Source: Lytechinus pictus | Taxonomy: Eukaryota | Assembly: GCF_037042905.1 (NCBI RefSeq) | Contig: NC_087251.1 | Location: 1,054,001-1,118,000, forward strand | DNA length: 64,000 nucleotides | Direction of reading: 5' to 3' | Shown: piece after piece, positions 38,401 to 50,376 of the stretch | Layout: every line of letters starts with the position of its first letter | Numbering within the stretch: position 1 is the stretch's first letter | The notes under the pieces: model-generated | Told to the model about the DNA's origin: nothing | The model's database searches: none | Seen by the model: only the letters and a program-made list of their open reading frames with translations | Position numbers and translations under genes: made by a program

Positions 38401-39239
38401 CCAAGCAAGTGCTTCTAAAAAGTTATGTAGCACCCTGCATAACATATGGGGCAGGCAGCTGCTCGTTTATGACATCAAAAATTGAAATTCTAATAACTTT
38501 CTTAATCTTTAATGGATTTTCCTCTATCTTTCACCAATACTGTTATTATTTTTTCAGCAAAGTTTTCGTCAAGGTGAACTTCCCCTTTAACTTTAACATG
38601 TTTAAGGGGCTGGCCCTGCCATAATCTCTGTTCCATTCATTTCAATCGCAATCTGACTCCTACACAGAGATATTCACTCAGCTACTTATGCTGTGGCTCA
38701 CGTGAATTGGTTCTCATCGCAACATAAAATGCACTAAAAATAAAAAGTAATAATAGATCTACATAAAAGCATTTCATTATATATATAAAGTTACATTACA
38801 ATAGCCAATCACAGATCATATCAGATGCTATTTTTATAAAATCTAAATCTACACATTTGTTGATTTTTTCCTTCAAATTTTTTACTGCTGAGGCTCATTT
38901 CAAAAGGACTCCCAGACTACAGCTGTAGTAGCTTTGCCATTAGATCTATGTCATGGTTACAAGGGCTCTGCAGCCAATCACAGCAAAGGTTTCCATGGTA
39001 GTTGAAATAAGTGCAAAGTTGCCTTCAATAAGTTATAACATTATGAAATGGGCCTCTTGCCTGTGAGGTCCACCGTGAAGGTTGAACAGGTGAAACTGAC
39101 CAGATTGAGCAGGGCCAGGGGCAGAATATATTCCCTCCCCCCCCCAAAAAAAAAAGACAATTCAGCAATATTGCATTTTTATTTTTTCATTTTTTCAGAT
39201 TGAGTCCTTTTCTATTCTGATGAAACACAGTCTGTAACT

Positions 39240-42200
39240 ATGCCTGTAACCAAAGATGAATATGGACGTACCAGTGATGGTGAAGTGATTGACCAGTATA
39301 CCATCACTAACAAGGGAGGAATGAAAGCAAAATTTATTGACTATGGTGCTTCACTCATTGAGCTCTGGGTTCCTGATCAACAAGGCAATGCAGTTGATGT
39401 CGTTCTTGGTTGGCCCGATTTGAAAGGTATTTTACAACTTTTTTTTTTCATGGTCAAATAGTATCTTTTTCACACCAACAAAAAGTATTTATTGATTTCG
39501 AATTTTTTAATTTTATTTTAATTGTTCTTTACCAGAACCTCACATAGCAACGGAACAAAGGCACATACCACTGGCAAAATGTATTAGCCACAATCAAATT
39601 CCTCAATATCATCTTGATATTTGTACATTCGTATGAAATATGTGATTACCGGTACATTATTATCATATATGTTGTATAAAATTAATTCATTTCTACTTAT
39701 ATGCTCTGGGGCTGTACTAAAGATCTACACATAGTACACACACACACACATCCTGAGAAACAGCCTAATGGCTGACACAAGGGTTGTTTCTTTTTCAAGT
39801 TTTGACATTCAAATAAAGTTTTAATGATAAGTAGATACACGCATTGTAGAAAACGTTCATCCCTTATTTTATACTACGTTGAATATTATGCACCTCCTTT
39901 TCTGTCCAAACTGTTCTTTCCAGGTTATGAGAATAATTCCTTCTACTTTGCATCTGTTGTTGGAAGGGTAGCTAACCGGATTGCTAAGGGGTCATTTAGT
40001 ATTGATGGTGTCAAATATCAGCTTAACATCAACAATGGTCCAAATACTAACCATGGCGGTATCAAATCATTTCATCTGGTAAGTTGATGGCTTTAGAGAA
40101 AAATAAGTGTCCAGATTCTGCTTTTGGTATATGACAGGTTTTACATTTTAGAAATGTAAAGATTCACAATGTTTATAGGCACATCTCAACATACAAATGA
40201 GTAAATTATCTTGTATAGCATTACTCCAATGAGATGCGTAAGTATGCAAAGTTTCACAAAAGCATTTGTGTATAGATACTTACAGGGTAAGTATCAGAAT
40301 CTTCATTTAATAGACATGTCCTAATAAAACAGTTTTTAGAGTTTTAGTATTTGCATAAGTAGAAGAAAGGATTAAAATCTTTTATGGGACTTCAGAATTA
40401 AGTGTTTGTTTTTTTGCTGGTCAGAGTTGGGATCATCTGGTGGGTGTTTCATGAAAGATGTCAGCACTGACGAAATTGTCAGTGCTGCAGACCTGCCAAC
40501 CAGTACGTTTTAGCCGTATTTAGTACGTTTTTGCAACCAAAATACGTAATTTATTGGGGAAAATAATCTATATCTCCAGAGCTGCCAACATTGGGATGAT
40601 AGAATCCAGTAGATTTCGCGGAGGTATGATTTTGTGAGGGAGCGGCGGAACGTTGTCCCACGGATGGGAGTTTTGGGTAGCAAAACACATTAAGAAACAA
40701 CATTTGATAGTAACCGACAGCTGTCTAAACCATAACAAAAAATTCCGATCAATTAAATGCACATTAGAGAGAATTCATGAATTGTCATTGACTAAATATA
40801 CACTTCAGGCAATACAGTAGATTTTTTTAATAATTCATAAAAGAATGCATTCAACATGAAAATACTTTTAATTGGCCAGAGGGGGAAGGGGCTGCAGTAG
40901 TGGTAAACATGTCATGGTAAATGAGCTTTATATGTGGACTGTTTAAAGACTCTGAGGGATTCCTGTGAAAATTGTCACACGGTCCCATTCTGCTTGAAAA
41001 GTATCTTTATACTTGGTCTTGGATGACTCCATCTCCATGATCTCCATGGCGATGCGATTGTAGTGTGGATGAATCGGGACGGGGCGTGCTTTGCACAGCT
41101 CAGCCAGCCAGCTCCAGGCTAGCTCACTCACGAAAGAGAAAATGTTCGAATCCGATCAACCCAAGTGAAAGTAGGCGAAAAAGTCTCCACTTTGCTTCTA
41201 ATTCTTCAGGATTGTCAATAAAATTATTCCTGAAACTGAAAGTCGAGGTGTAAAAGTAATGCACTTGTTAATCCCATCGTTGATCCACAGTTTCAGCTCG
41301 AATAAGGCGCAAGCAAGCTTACGAAAAATGCCTCGCAGTGCTCGTGAACTTTCCTTCTCGGAGCTTCCTGGCGCAGCGCGGCCGGCTGGAGCCGCGCCGG
41401 GGCGCATCGGGGGCCATGTGCATGGAGTACCGCTGAAGAGTTTTCATCACACACATTGCAGAACCCGGAAATAAAATGGCTTGTTGGACTACTTCACCAG
41501 TCGTTCAGTAAAATTATCTTCATTTACATGGGAAATCAATGTACGATTATACAAAAACTGGTAGAAGTTACTGGGTAAAATGAAAATGTGTTAAGGAGGT
41601 TCCACGTGGGTGTTAGGGAGTTGAACATGCTAGACTCGTTAAACAGTCGTTTGTATGAATTTTACAATTTAACAGCTAAAAATCCTGATTATCCGGGAGA
41701 TTTTGGCATGGGGTCGGGAGAACGGGAGATTGGATTGCAATCCAGTATTCTCCCGCAGGATCCGGGAGACTTGGAAGCTCTGTATCTCTCTATTTCATAA
41801 AACGTACAAAAATATGGTTAATAGATCAATGTAATTTCAGGTAACTTTTTTTTCAATCATTTTGTTAAAACCAGTGTGAAGATATACACATGTTTTAATG
41901 TTTTTTTTTCATCTGCAAGAGCAGTGCGCATTTTAGCTTGCATGCAGCTTGAGCGCCGCGATGAGCGAGTGCGCCAAGCATTTTATTATGAAATACACTT
42001 TTTTTGGGAAAAATACATTTTTTAAAATCACAGAATACAGTTTTTCATTCCTAGAGGTTGGCAGGTCTGGTGCTGACGACTTTAATGAAACAGTTCCCTG
42101 ATGAATAACTTTCTTAAGCACTCATCCATCGTTGCCTTTTATTTTTACAGTCATTGACTAGTTTACTATTTGAACCCTCTTTCTTTATGTAATTTACTTC

Positions 42201-45200
42201 AATGGAAGGTATTTCTATTGTAAGAGAACCCATTTCTAGATGAATTTCTAATCTATTTTCATTCTTCTACTATGCTGGTTAGCATCCTGATACCATCTTA
42301 TATCCTATGTTTTATTGTAGAAAGTATGGAAGGGTTGTATTGAAGGTGATGACAAGGTGACCTTAACTTATGTTAGTCCTGATGGTGAGGAAGGTTTCCC
42401 AGGAGAAGTAACTGCTTCAGTAACCTATCAACTGACGGATGATAACAGACTTGTCATCTCATTTGTTGCCACAACAACTAAAGCCACTCCTATCAATCTC
42501 TGTAACCATTCATACTTCAACCTAGCGGGCCATGTGAGTCAAGGACTTATCAATTTTGTATTTAATCATCCGGTGCATGCATTTTTTTTTTATTGTTTTA
42601 GTAGGATTTGAATACAATCTTTTTTGCAACAGATACCTAAATGGTTACAAATGTACATCATAATCTAACCCTATTATTACTCTGTGTTGTTCTATCTCAG
42701 ATTCAGAAATTAGACTTACATTTACATTCTAACAAAAGAGTAGGCTATTTTGACGCCTAAAAAATACTTCTCTTAAGAGCTTGGCCCTAGTTTCTTTAGG
42801 ATTATTTGTGACAAATGGATAGTGATTAGTAGATATTCCTATAAAGCCTTTTTTTATTCTATTTCAATATATATTTTTTATATGTTATTATATATTTAAA
42901 AGTAAAAACTGATATTTTTGTTCTATATTTTTAGTTCATTCTATTTTGAAAATTTTATGTGAATTGTAATTTTGACCTTAGAATTTTTTCAAATATTTTT
43001 TTCTTATTCACTTTAATTTGATAGAAAACTGGAAGTATAATAGATCATCTAATTCAGATCAATGCTGAGAACTATACACCATTAGATGATACAAGTGTAC
43101 CAACTGGTGAGTGTTAATGTAATAAAAACCAATTCTATTCACAAGGGTACTACATTATCATTATTAACTTAAAAGTTACTTTGTCCAGGATTCAAATCAT
43201 TGATTCAGTTTCTAATTCTCACTGTTCCCTCCACAAATACAAATACATATGGTCAAAGAGCCCTTTCTTTATCTGCCCCTGTACTCTGGAATTCTCTACC
43301 ATTAAATATAAGAACTGCACCATCCTTCTCCATTTTTAAATCTATGCTCAAAACTCACTTATTTTCATTGTAGTCTTTTTATAATGTTGAATATATTATG
43401 TTGTTAGATATTGTTTAATAGTTTTCATTTCATTACTGATGTTACTTTATATATTGATTTAATTTGTTCTAATTTGTATTAAGTATTTTAGGATTAAGGT
43501 TAAGGTTTATTGTATAATTCAGATAAGATTTAATGTATTAGTTATTAAATATATTTTGTAAAGCGCATAGAGTCTTTTTGACTATTATGCGCTATATAAA
43601 TTTCAAATATTATTATTATTATTCAATCATAATTGCAATACTTTAGAAATTCAGAGGCATGTGACTTTTCTTTTTCACAAACCACCCCAAAAATACAGAC
43701 AAATCAAATTCTGCTTAAATTTAGTGCAAGATAGCACAAAGTGACCTGTCGAGACTTGCAGAGACAAACTCATAGCAACATGACTCATAATGTACAAATG
43801 AAATTATGACATCATACTAGTATATCATAAGTCATTGAATCATGATGTCATGGGTTTGTTTGCTTATGCACCTTTGGACCACTTTTGAGACTTGAAATAT
43901 ACAATGCACGTTTATTAGCATATTATCAATTTTTCCATATCTGAAATCTATTATTAAAAAATGCTGAGCTTTGTTTCATACAGTAATACTTTACTCCATC
44001 GTCAATTGAGAAATATGAAAGCTTAACATAGTTTGCTCTTTAATTGCATAGACTGGAGTATTATTCCACCATTCAACGTGATGCATGTAGTGCTCAGTTT
44101 CATGATGGAAATGGTGGGACAGTTATGCAAGCTCTGCCTCCCAAAATTGGTTTCTGAGGTAAAGCCATACAGACAAGAATCTACTCTGTGTTTTAACCAA
44201 AATCACTTATTGAGTAGTTTTCCCCAAAAGAATTTGAATTCAAATTTGAATTTGGATACACATATACCCAAAATTCCTGATTTTGAAATATCTTGTCTGT
44301 TTAATTTATCCTTATTTACAGGAGAGATAGTAGCAGTAAAGGATACTGTATTTGATCTAAGAGAACCAGTAAAGATTGGTGATAGGATCTATGATGTACC
44401 AGGACTTGGCTTTGATCATAACTTCTGTATTCAGTCATCATTAGAAGCACCCTGTGCTAGGTAAGGGGACTCATACACCACTGTCTGCTAGTCATCTTTC
44501 TCCCTTAAAAAGGAAAGTAATATTGACAAGTTGATAGCTTATCAAAATGTATTATGATTGGATTACATTTCTGATAAATATATCATTGTAATCACTTCGT
44601 GTTTGGAGAAAGGTTTGTGGAAAGTTATTCAATTTTTTTAGCACTTTCTTGAACCAATGTTATGTAATAGCAATGTAATTTCTTGTAGTCTACCCACAAG
44701 GCCGAGGGCCTCCAAGGCGAACGATTACATATGTTTACATCAAACATATTTCTTGCCTCTCTTAGCCTAATCTTGCTTTCGGTTTCAAAACATGCCTAGA
44801 AGGTTCATAGTTGATTTTTCATGGTTAAAGTAACTACTGTGTTTTTAGAGTGTATGCTTTAGTTACATTGAAAGTCAGGCTAACTTGCAAAACTCTTTGA
44901 TGTAGACAAACATACGTAACACTTGACCTCGAGGAACCTTTACGATTTCTTTATGTTTTATGGTGATGGTGATGAAGAAGATAATGGCACCTATGATGGT
45001 AATGGCAAATGTAAGATTCAGATGATGATGATTACAATGGTGGTGGTTATGATTTAGATTACCAACCCTAAGCACAATCAAAATTATGACTCTGGCAGCA
45101 TAGGAAACACATGAAGGCGACTGACAATTTTGCCATCAGCACAGCCCAAATTGCCCCTAAAATTCCTCAAATTTCATACTGTAGGGCGACTATTCCTCTG

Positions 45201-46461
45201 AGTCACCCTAAGATCTGCCGCGAACAATATTCAAGATTCAAGAATATTTAGAAAATCAGAATCAGAAAATTACTTCTACTTTAAGAATTTAAGGTTGACT
45301 TTAGCAGACTTGACATGTACACATGGACAGGACTCCTTTGAAAAATCAGCTTTTTAAAAGGGTTATCCTCCCTGTGACAAAAAGTGAATAAATTGAAATG
45401 ATGCAGATGATGAGGTTATATGTAATTGTCTTTAATAACCATGGTCAAGAGACCAACACAAGGTGGCGCGCTTACACTTTGCGATGCAACATCGAATCAT
45501 CATTATAATACAAAAACAACACACTGGCGCTGATTATATTAAATGATAGTGATGATGACTATGCTAATGAAAATATCTACTTATTTTTTTCCAGAGTTAG
45601 TCATCCAGGGAGTGGTCGATGCATGGAGATGTTTACCACTAAACCTGGTATTCAGTTGTACTCTGCTAATTACCTAGATGATACATGTAAAGGTAAAGAA
45701 GGATTTACCTATGCTAAACATGGCGGTTTCTGCTTAGAATCACAGTACTATCCCAATTCAGTCAACCAGGTAACATTCTTTCTTATCTTGCCTGTTATTA
45801 TTATTATTATTACTTCCCTAAGAGGGGAAATTACACGAGACAGGAGACAGCATGTACAGGGTTTCTGGGGGGGATCAATAATTACACAGAAGAGTGCATC
45901 ACATGACAATGGTCTGACCAATGAAATGAAGCATTATTTTGAATAATGCATTTGAGTGTAGAAATACTTCACCCAAATTGGAATTTTAAGTGCAAAATTT
46001 ATTCAGACTAAATATTTGTGAAATTGCCCAGGGTACTCAACATGAAAATCAATATTTACAATTGATCTTAATTTTCTGAGCATGGTTTCTTTTAGGCTTT
46101 CAATTTCATTTACTTGTTTTGATTTTAAATCTAATCTTAAATGGCCTAATCACATGCAGAGAGGGATGATGGAAATGGTGATTTATTATAAAGAAGAAGA
46201 TGATGATTTATACCAATGTCTTTTTCCTTCAATCTGTCTTATCTTGCCTACCTTATTTCTCCCCTCTTCATCCCTCCCCCCCCCCCTCTCTCTCTCACAC
46301 ACACATGCACACATTTTCAATCTCTCCCCTTTCCTTTTATCTGTTTTTCTTCTCTTTTCCATTTCAAAACATATTTTCTTCTCTAGCCTAACTTCTCAAA
46401 GAGTGTTCTTCGACCTGGAGAGCAATACAATCACACCACTGTCTACAAGTTTGCTTGGTAA
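39240..46461 (+). CDS. GALM: Aldose 1-epimerase (galactose mutarotase), spliced, 341 aa
   Basis: Exons 39240-39426, 39924-40078, 42321-42533, 43025-43106, 44322-44460, 45595-45769, 46387-46461 (1026 nt, all GT-AG, in phase). Motifs DVVLG, GRVANRI, NHGG, GEEGFPG, NLCNHSYFNLAGH, GFDHNF, PGIQLY, GFCLESQ, LRPGE. Confidence 0.97.
40488..42069. mobile_element. Non-autonomous DNA transposon with 6-bp TSD (outer)
   Basis: TIRs cagacctgccaacc / ggttggcaggtctg. GTGCTG at 40482-40487 and 42070-42075. Inserted into a small palindromic MITE (~40440-42100). Confidence 0.85.
40577..41782. mobile_element. Non-autonomous DNA transposon with 6-bp TSD (inner, related termini)
   Basis: TIRs cagagctgccaa / ttggaagctctg. 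TATCTC at 40571-40576 and 41783-41788. Subterminal gggag motifs. Confidence 0.85.
43205..43623 (+). mobile_element. 5'-truncated LINE2 3' fragment
   Basis: Translation TYGQRALSLSAPVLWNSLPLNIRTAPSFSIFKSMLKTHLF* followed by tail aagcgcatagag...tgcgctatataaat(tat)n. Confidence 0.85.
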
Positions 46462-47863
46462 CATTTACTTACAGTCGGAGATTGATCCATAATTTCTTTA
46501 ATTAAATGGTGTTATGTGAGTTTTTTTTTTACACAATTGCCCATTGCAATTCGTAAATCTTTGTGTGCTTAAACATTGGCTGAACATGCCCAATTTTTAG
46601 GCAGCTGTTCTTATACTTTTAACACAATCATGATATTGAACTGTGCAGCATTCTAAAATGTTTGTACTTATTTTCATTCTATAGATATAGTGCTAAATAT
46701 CTTTAAAAAAAATTAAAATGTATGATTCAATTCCAAAGATATGTACTGTAATATTACATTGACATAGTTGTTGCAAAGATCAGCTGATGTCTTGACAAGC
46801 TTTGTTATACAGAACTACATGTATTTCAGCTCCCCATGGAATAAACACTGACTGAAATGAAAAAAGGAGGGGCATACAAAATAATTGATAAATGAATGGT
46901 GATTGAATAATTGTAAATATAAAAATTAATTTAAAAGTATTAACAAAATAAAGTAAATATTGATATATGAAGGAAAGAAACCCTGGGTGTATAGCAAAAA
47001 CCTAACTGCTTCCTTGATTCTTTTCAAACATATGGACAAGGCAAACTTACTTGGGTATCTAAAATTGATATTACATTGTTAATATTCTTTAGGCTTCCAG
47101 CTTCTTTTTACCTCTTTATCAATATGTTGGGTGTGGTTTATTTAGAGGTGGGGTAATCTCTAAAAAGAATGGATTTTGATTATTATATGAATGATATCCC
47201 ATACCATTTACTACCAATTGTTGTCTTTATGTTAATAATGTATTAAGTACTCACATTATATTGTCTTACAATTGTAATTAATATGTGCAGGAATATGAAT
47301 GAGATTGTGATTTCGTATTAAAACAATATATTTTTCAATTCTAGATTTCGTGAATCTCATTATATTTAGAGTATTTGTGTCCATGTCAATTCAAGGTGTA
47401 TAACTAAAATTTAGTCAATGAAAACCATAAAGTTCCCATTTCTTTTTAAAAATGAAACAAAAGTGAAATTTTAATGTCAAATGTCTTGGTCTTCAATTCT
47501 GAACTTTAATCTTGTCTTGCTTATTAGGGAAAAATGCAGGTTAGTTTTAATTTTATTCACTCTGAATTGCTATCAATCTTATAGAGAAATCTATGTGTAG
47601 GTTCTTCTAATGTCACTAATTATTTATTACAAAATTATTAATTTTGTTTGACCATTTTTGGAAGTAAATTTCAAGTGCAACTATGATTAATTCAGAAACA
47701 ATCGGGAATGGGTTTAGAGAAATATTACATTGTTGATGAGGAAAGAGAGATTAAATTTATGATGAGGAAAGAGAAGGGTGAGGACAGAGAGGGAAATATG
47801 ACATTTGCTCCAGATATAAATTCCACACACTAATCGAAATATTAAATTCAACCCTGGATGTAA

Positions 47864-48434
47864 AGGACAAGTCCACCCCAACAAAAAGTTGATTTGAATA
47901 AAAAGAGAAAAATCCATCAAGCATAACACTGAAAATTTCATCAAAATCGGATGTAAAATAAGAAAGTTATGACATTTTAAACTTTCGCTTAATTTTACAA
48001 AATAATTATATGCACATCCTGGTCGGTATGCAAATGAGGAGACTGATGATGTCATCCACTCACTATTGCTTTTGTATTTTATTATATATGAAATATTCTG
48101 ATTTTCTCATTGTCAAGTGAAACAATGATTATTTCTTCCCTGAACATGTTGAATAATACTATATGGTTCACTCAAGTTGGTCCTTATTGTCAAATCTGTT
48201 AAAATGAAATATATATAATTCAAACAATAAAAAAACAACAGAAATAGTGAGGTACATCGATTGTCTCATTTGCATTTCACTGAAACAATTAACTGTTTTG
48301 TGAAAAATAAACGAAAATTTAAAATGCTATAACTTTCTTATTTTACATCTGATTTTGATGAATTTTCAGCGTTATGCTTGTTGGATTTTTCTCGTTTTAT
48401 TCACATCAACTTTTTATTGAGGTGGACTTGTCCT
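47864..48434. mobile_element. Kolobok-like MITE
   Basis: gtaa|aggacaagtccacc ... ggtggacttgtcct|ttaa with >100-bp inverted arms. Related single arms at ~7000, ~8280-8390, ~38480-38590 and ~63155-63274. Confidence 0.85.
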
Positions 48435-50376
48435 TTAACACTATAGCCGACCCTAAACCTACGTAAGAACTTATTGCAACCCAAACCCTATATCCTAGAT
48501 GAAATAAAACCTATATTAGAGGTAGGAGGGAGAGAGAGAGAGAGGGGGGGGGGGGAGAGAGGAGAAAGAGAACTTAGGGTGGGATAACCTTGCATCAGTA
48601 AATAGTCACCCCCCTCATTTATAGTGTTGACGGAAGGACCTTTGATTTAAGAAATGTATTGATTTTTCTTTAATAGAATTATGTTGGTAAGTTATTTCAG
48701 AAATGGTGTATATTTGGAAAGAATTAAGATTTTGAAAGAATGAGAGCGAGTTGAATATATGGGCCAAGACACTATACCGGAGAACAAGTACTGGCTAATA
48801 TCAGCACCCCCCTCCACACACAAACGAATGGTAAGGTCGAAGGTCCCCCAATTCTGCGTGGTGCCCCTTGTCTGAGCACACGCCTATCTATGCGATTCTA
48901 ATAAAAGATCGTAAAATGACCACAAAATTTACGCATACAATATATAGAAAAATATCTGACTCAAAATGGAATAATAATAAATTTCTTCAGGCATTTCATG
49001 TGACAGCCTCAAAAAGAAGCCCTTTCCACCAAAAGTCCGATTAACGTTTATTATTACATATATATGGCCCGGGACATATGGTCACCGTTGCCTCCTTCCT
49101 TCCACTTTCATTACCGTACCGCAGCTTCGATCCTGGGCAATATTTTAGCTTTCTTACATAGCGTATATATATATACAATGTATTTCGCTATATATATGAA
49201 TGATTTCAGTGCTCTATCACCTCCCTGCATGTTCTGGCGGCTCCCGCCCAGTGCCGGCCTTCCTCTCCCTAGCTCGCCGGCCCTTCCCACATAAGCGGTC
49301 CGCGCCAGGGCCGAGAGATTGCTTGAGCCCACGCGCGCTGATCCGATCGATTGACGGCGCGGCATGTCGATGTCTAGCATAGAGATGTATACATCTAGCT
49401 ATCTAGCTAGCAGCGCAGCCTAAACATCTCGTTACGTGTTCCGTTTTGTCGTGGCTCAATTAGACGGCAGTGTTATTTGTGAGGGTAACGTAAGGCAATG
49501 TACGTTTATGATAATTTAATAGAAAATTATTGACTAAAATGATATGTGTGAAAATATGAATGCCATTGCAATAATCTATAAATTTTTGGTGCAAACATAG
49601 TGATAGAAATGGAATCATTCATAGATAACCAATTGATTCAGGGTGTCACTTTACTCAAGTCCCAAATGTCCAGATCCGTGTTATGTTTTTTATGTTGATT
49701 TCACGTTGAGTGACTATGAATTATGATGTAGCATGTAGCCAGGTTCATTGAATGAGTGGGTCCAGGAGGCTCCTGGAGATTAATCATAATGTCATATCAT
49801 TGACGTGCTTAATCTCCACAAAGCCAGGGACGGGCCATTGCTCTACACGCACCGAGTATTGACTTATTGTAAACTTTTGGCACTAACATGACTAAATAAG
49901 ACTCAAGAGTTGTATTTTTAAACAAATAAAATTATAGAAAATATTAGAAGTAGAAGTAGAGACTAGAGGAGCATTTACTCACACAGAACAGACAGTCTGT
50001 TAATTTCGCCATCTTGCCGTCTTCATAGCCTACCTACAAGACGCGTATAGAGGGCGACAATATCTTGTCTTGTCTTTCCGTTAATGCCCACAATCATAAT
50101 TCATATTGAGCAGGGGCCCCCCCCCCCCGAATACTTGCATCGGCTGATAAATATCGTGAATCTTACCTAAATTTAAAGTAAGATTCATGATATTTATCGG
50201 CAGATACAATTATTTTTTTTCACATACTATAGGCCTATTTCTAAATCATAAATTAATAATTGAATTCTAACTTTTTTGTGAGTGTGTGTGGATGCAATGC
50301 CGAGTGCAATAGTTTAATCATTGTTTTTCAATCATTATCCTTTTATTAAATCAGTGAAGTCTAATTTGAAGCAGTA

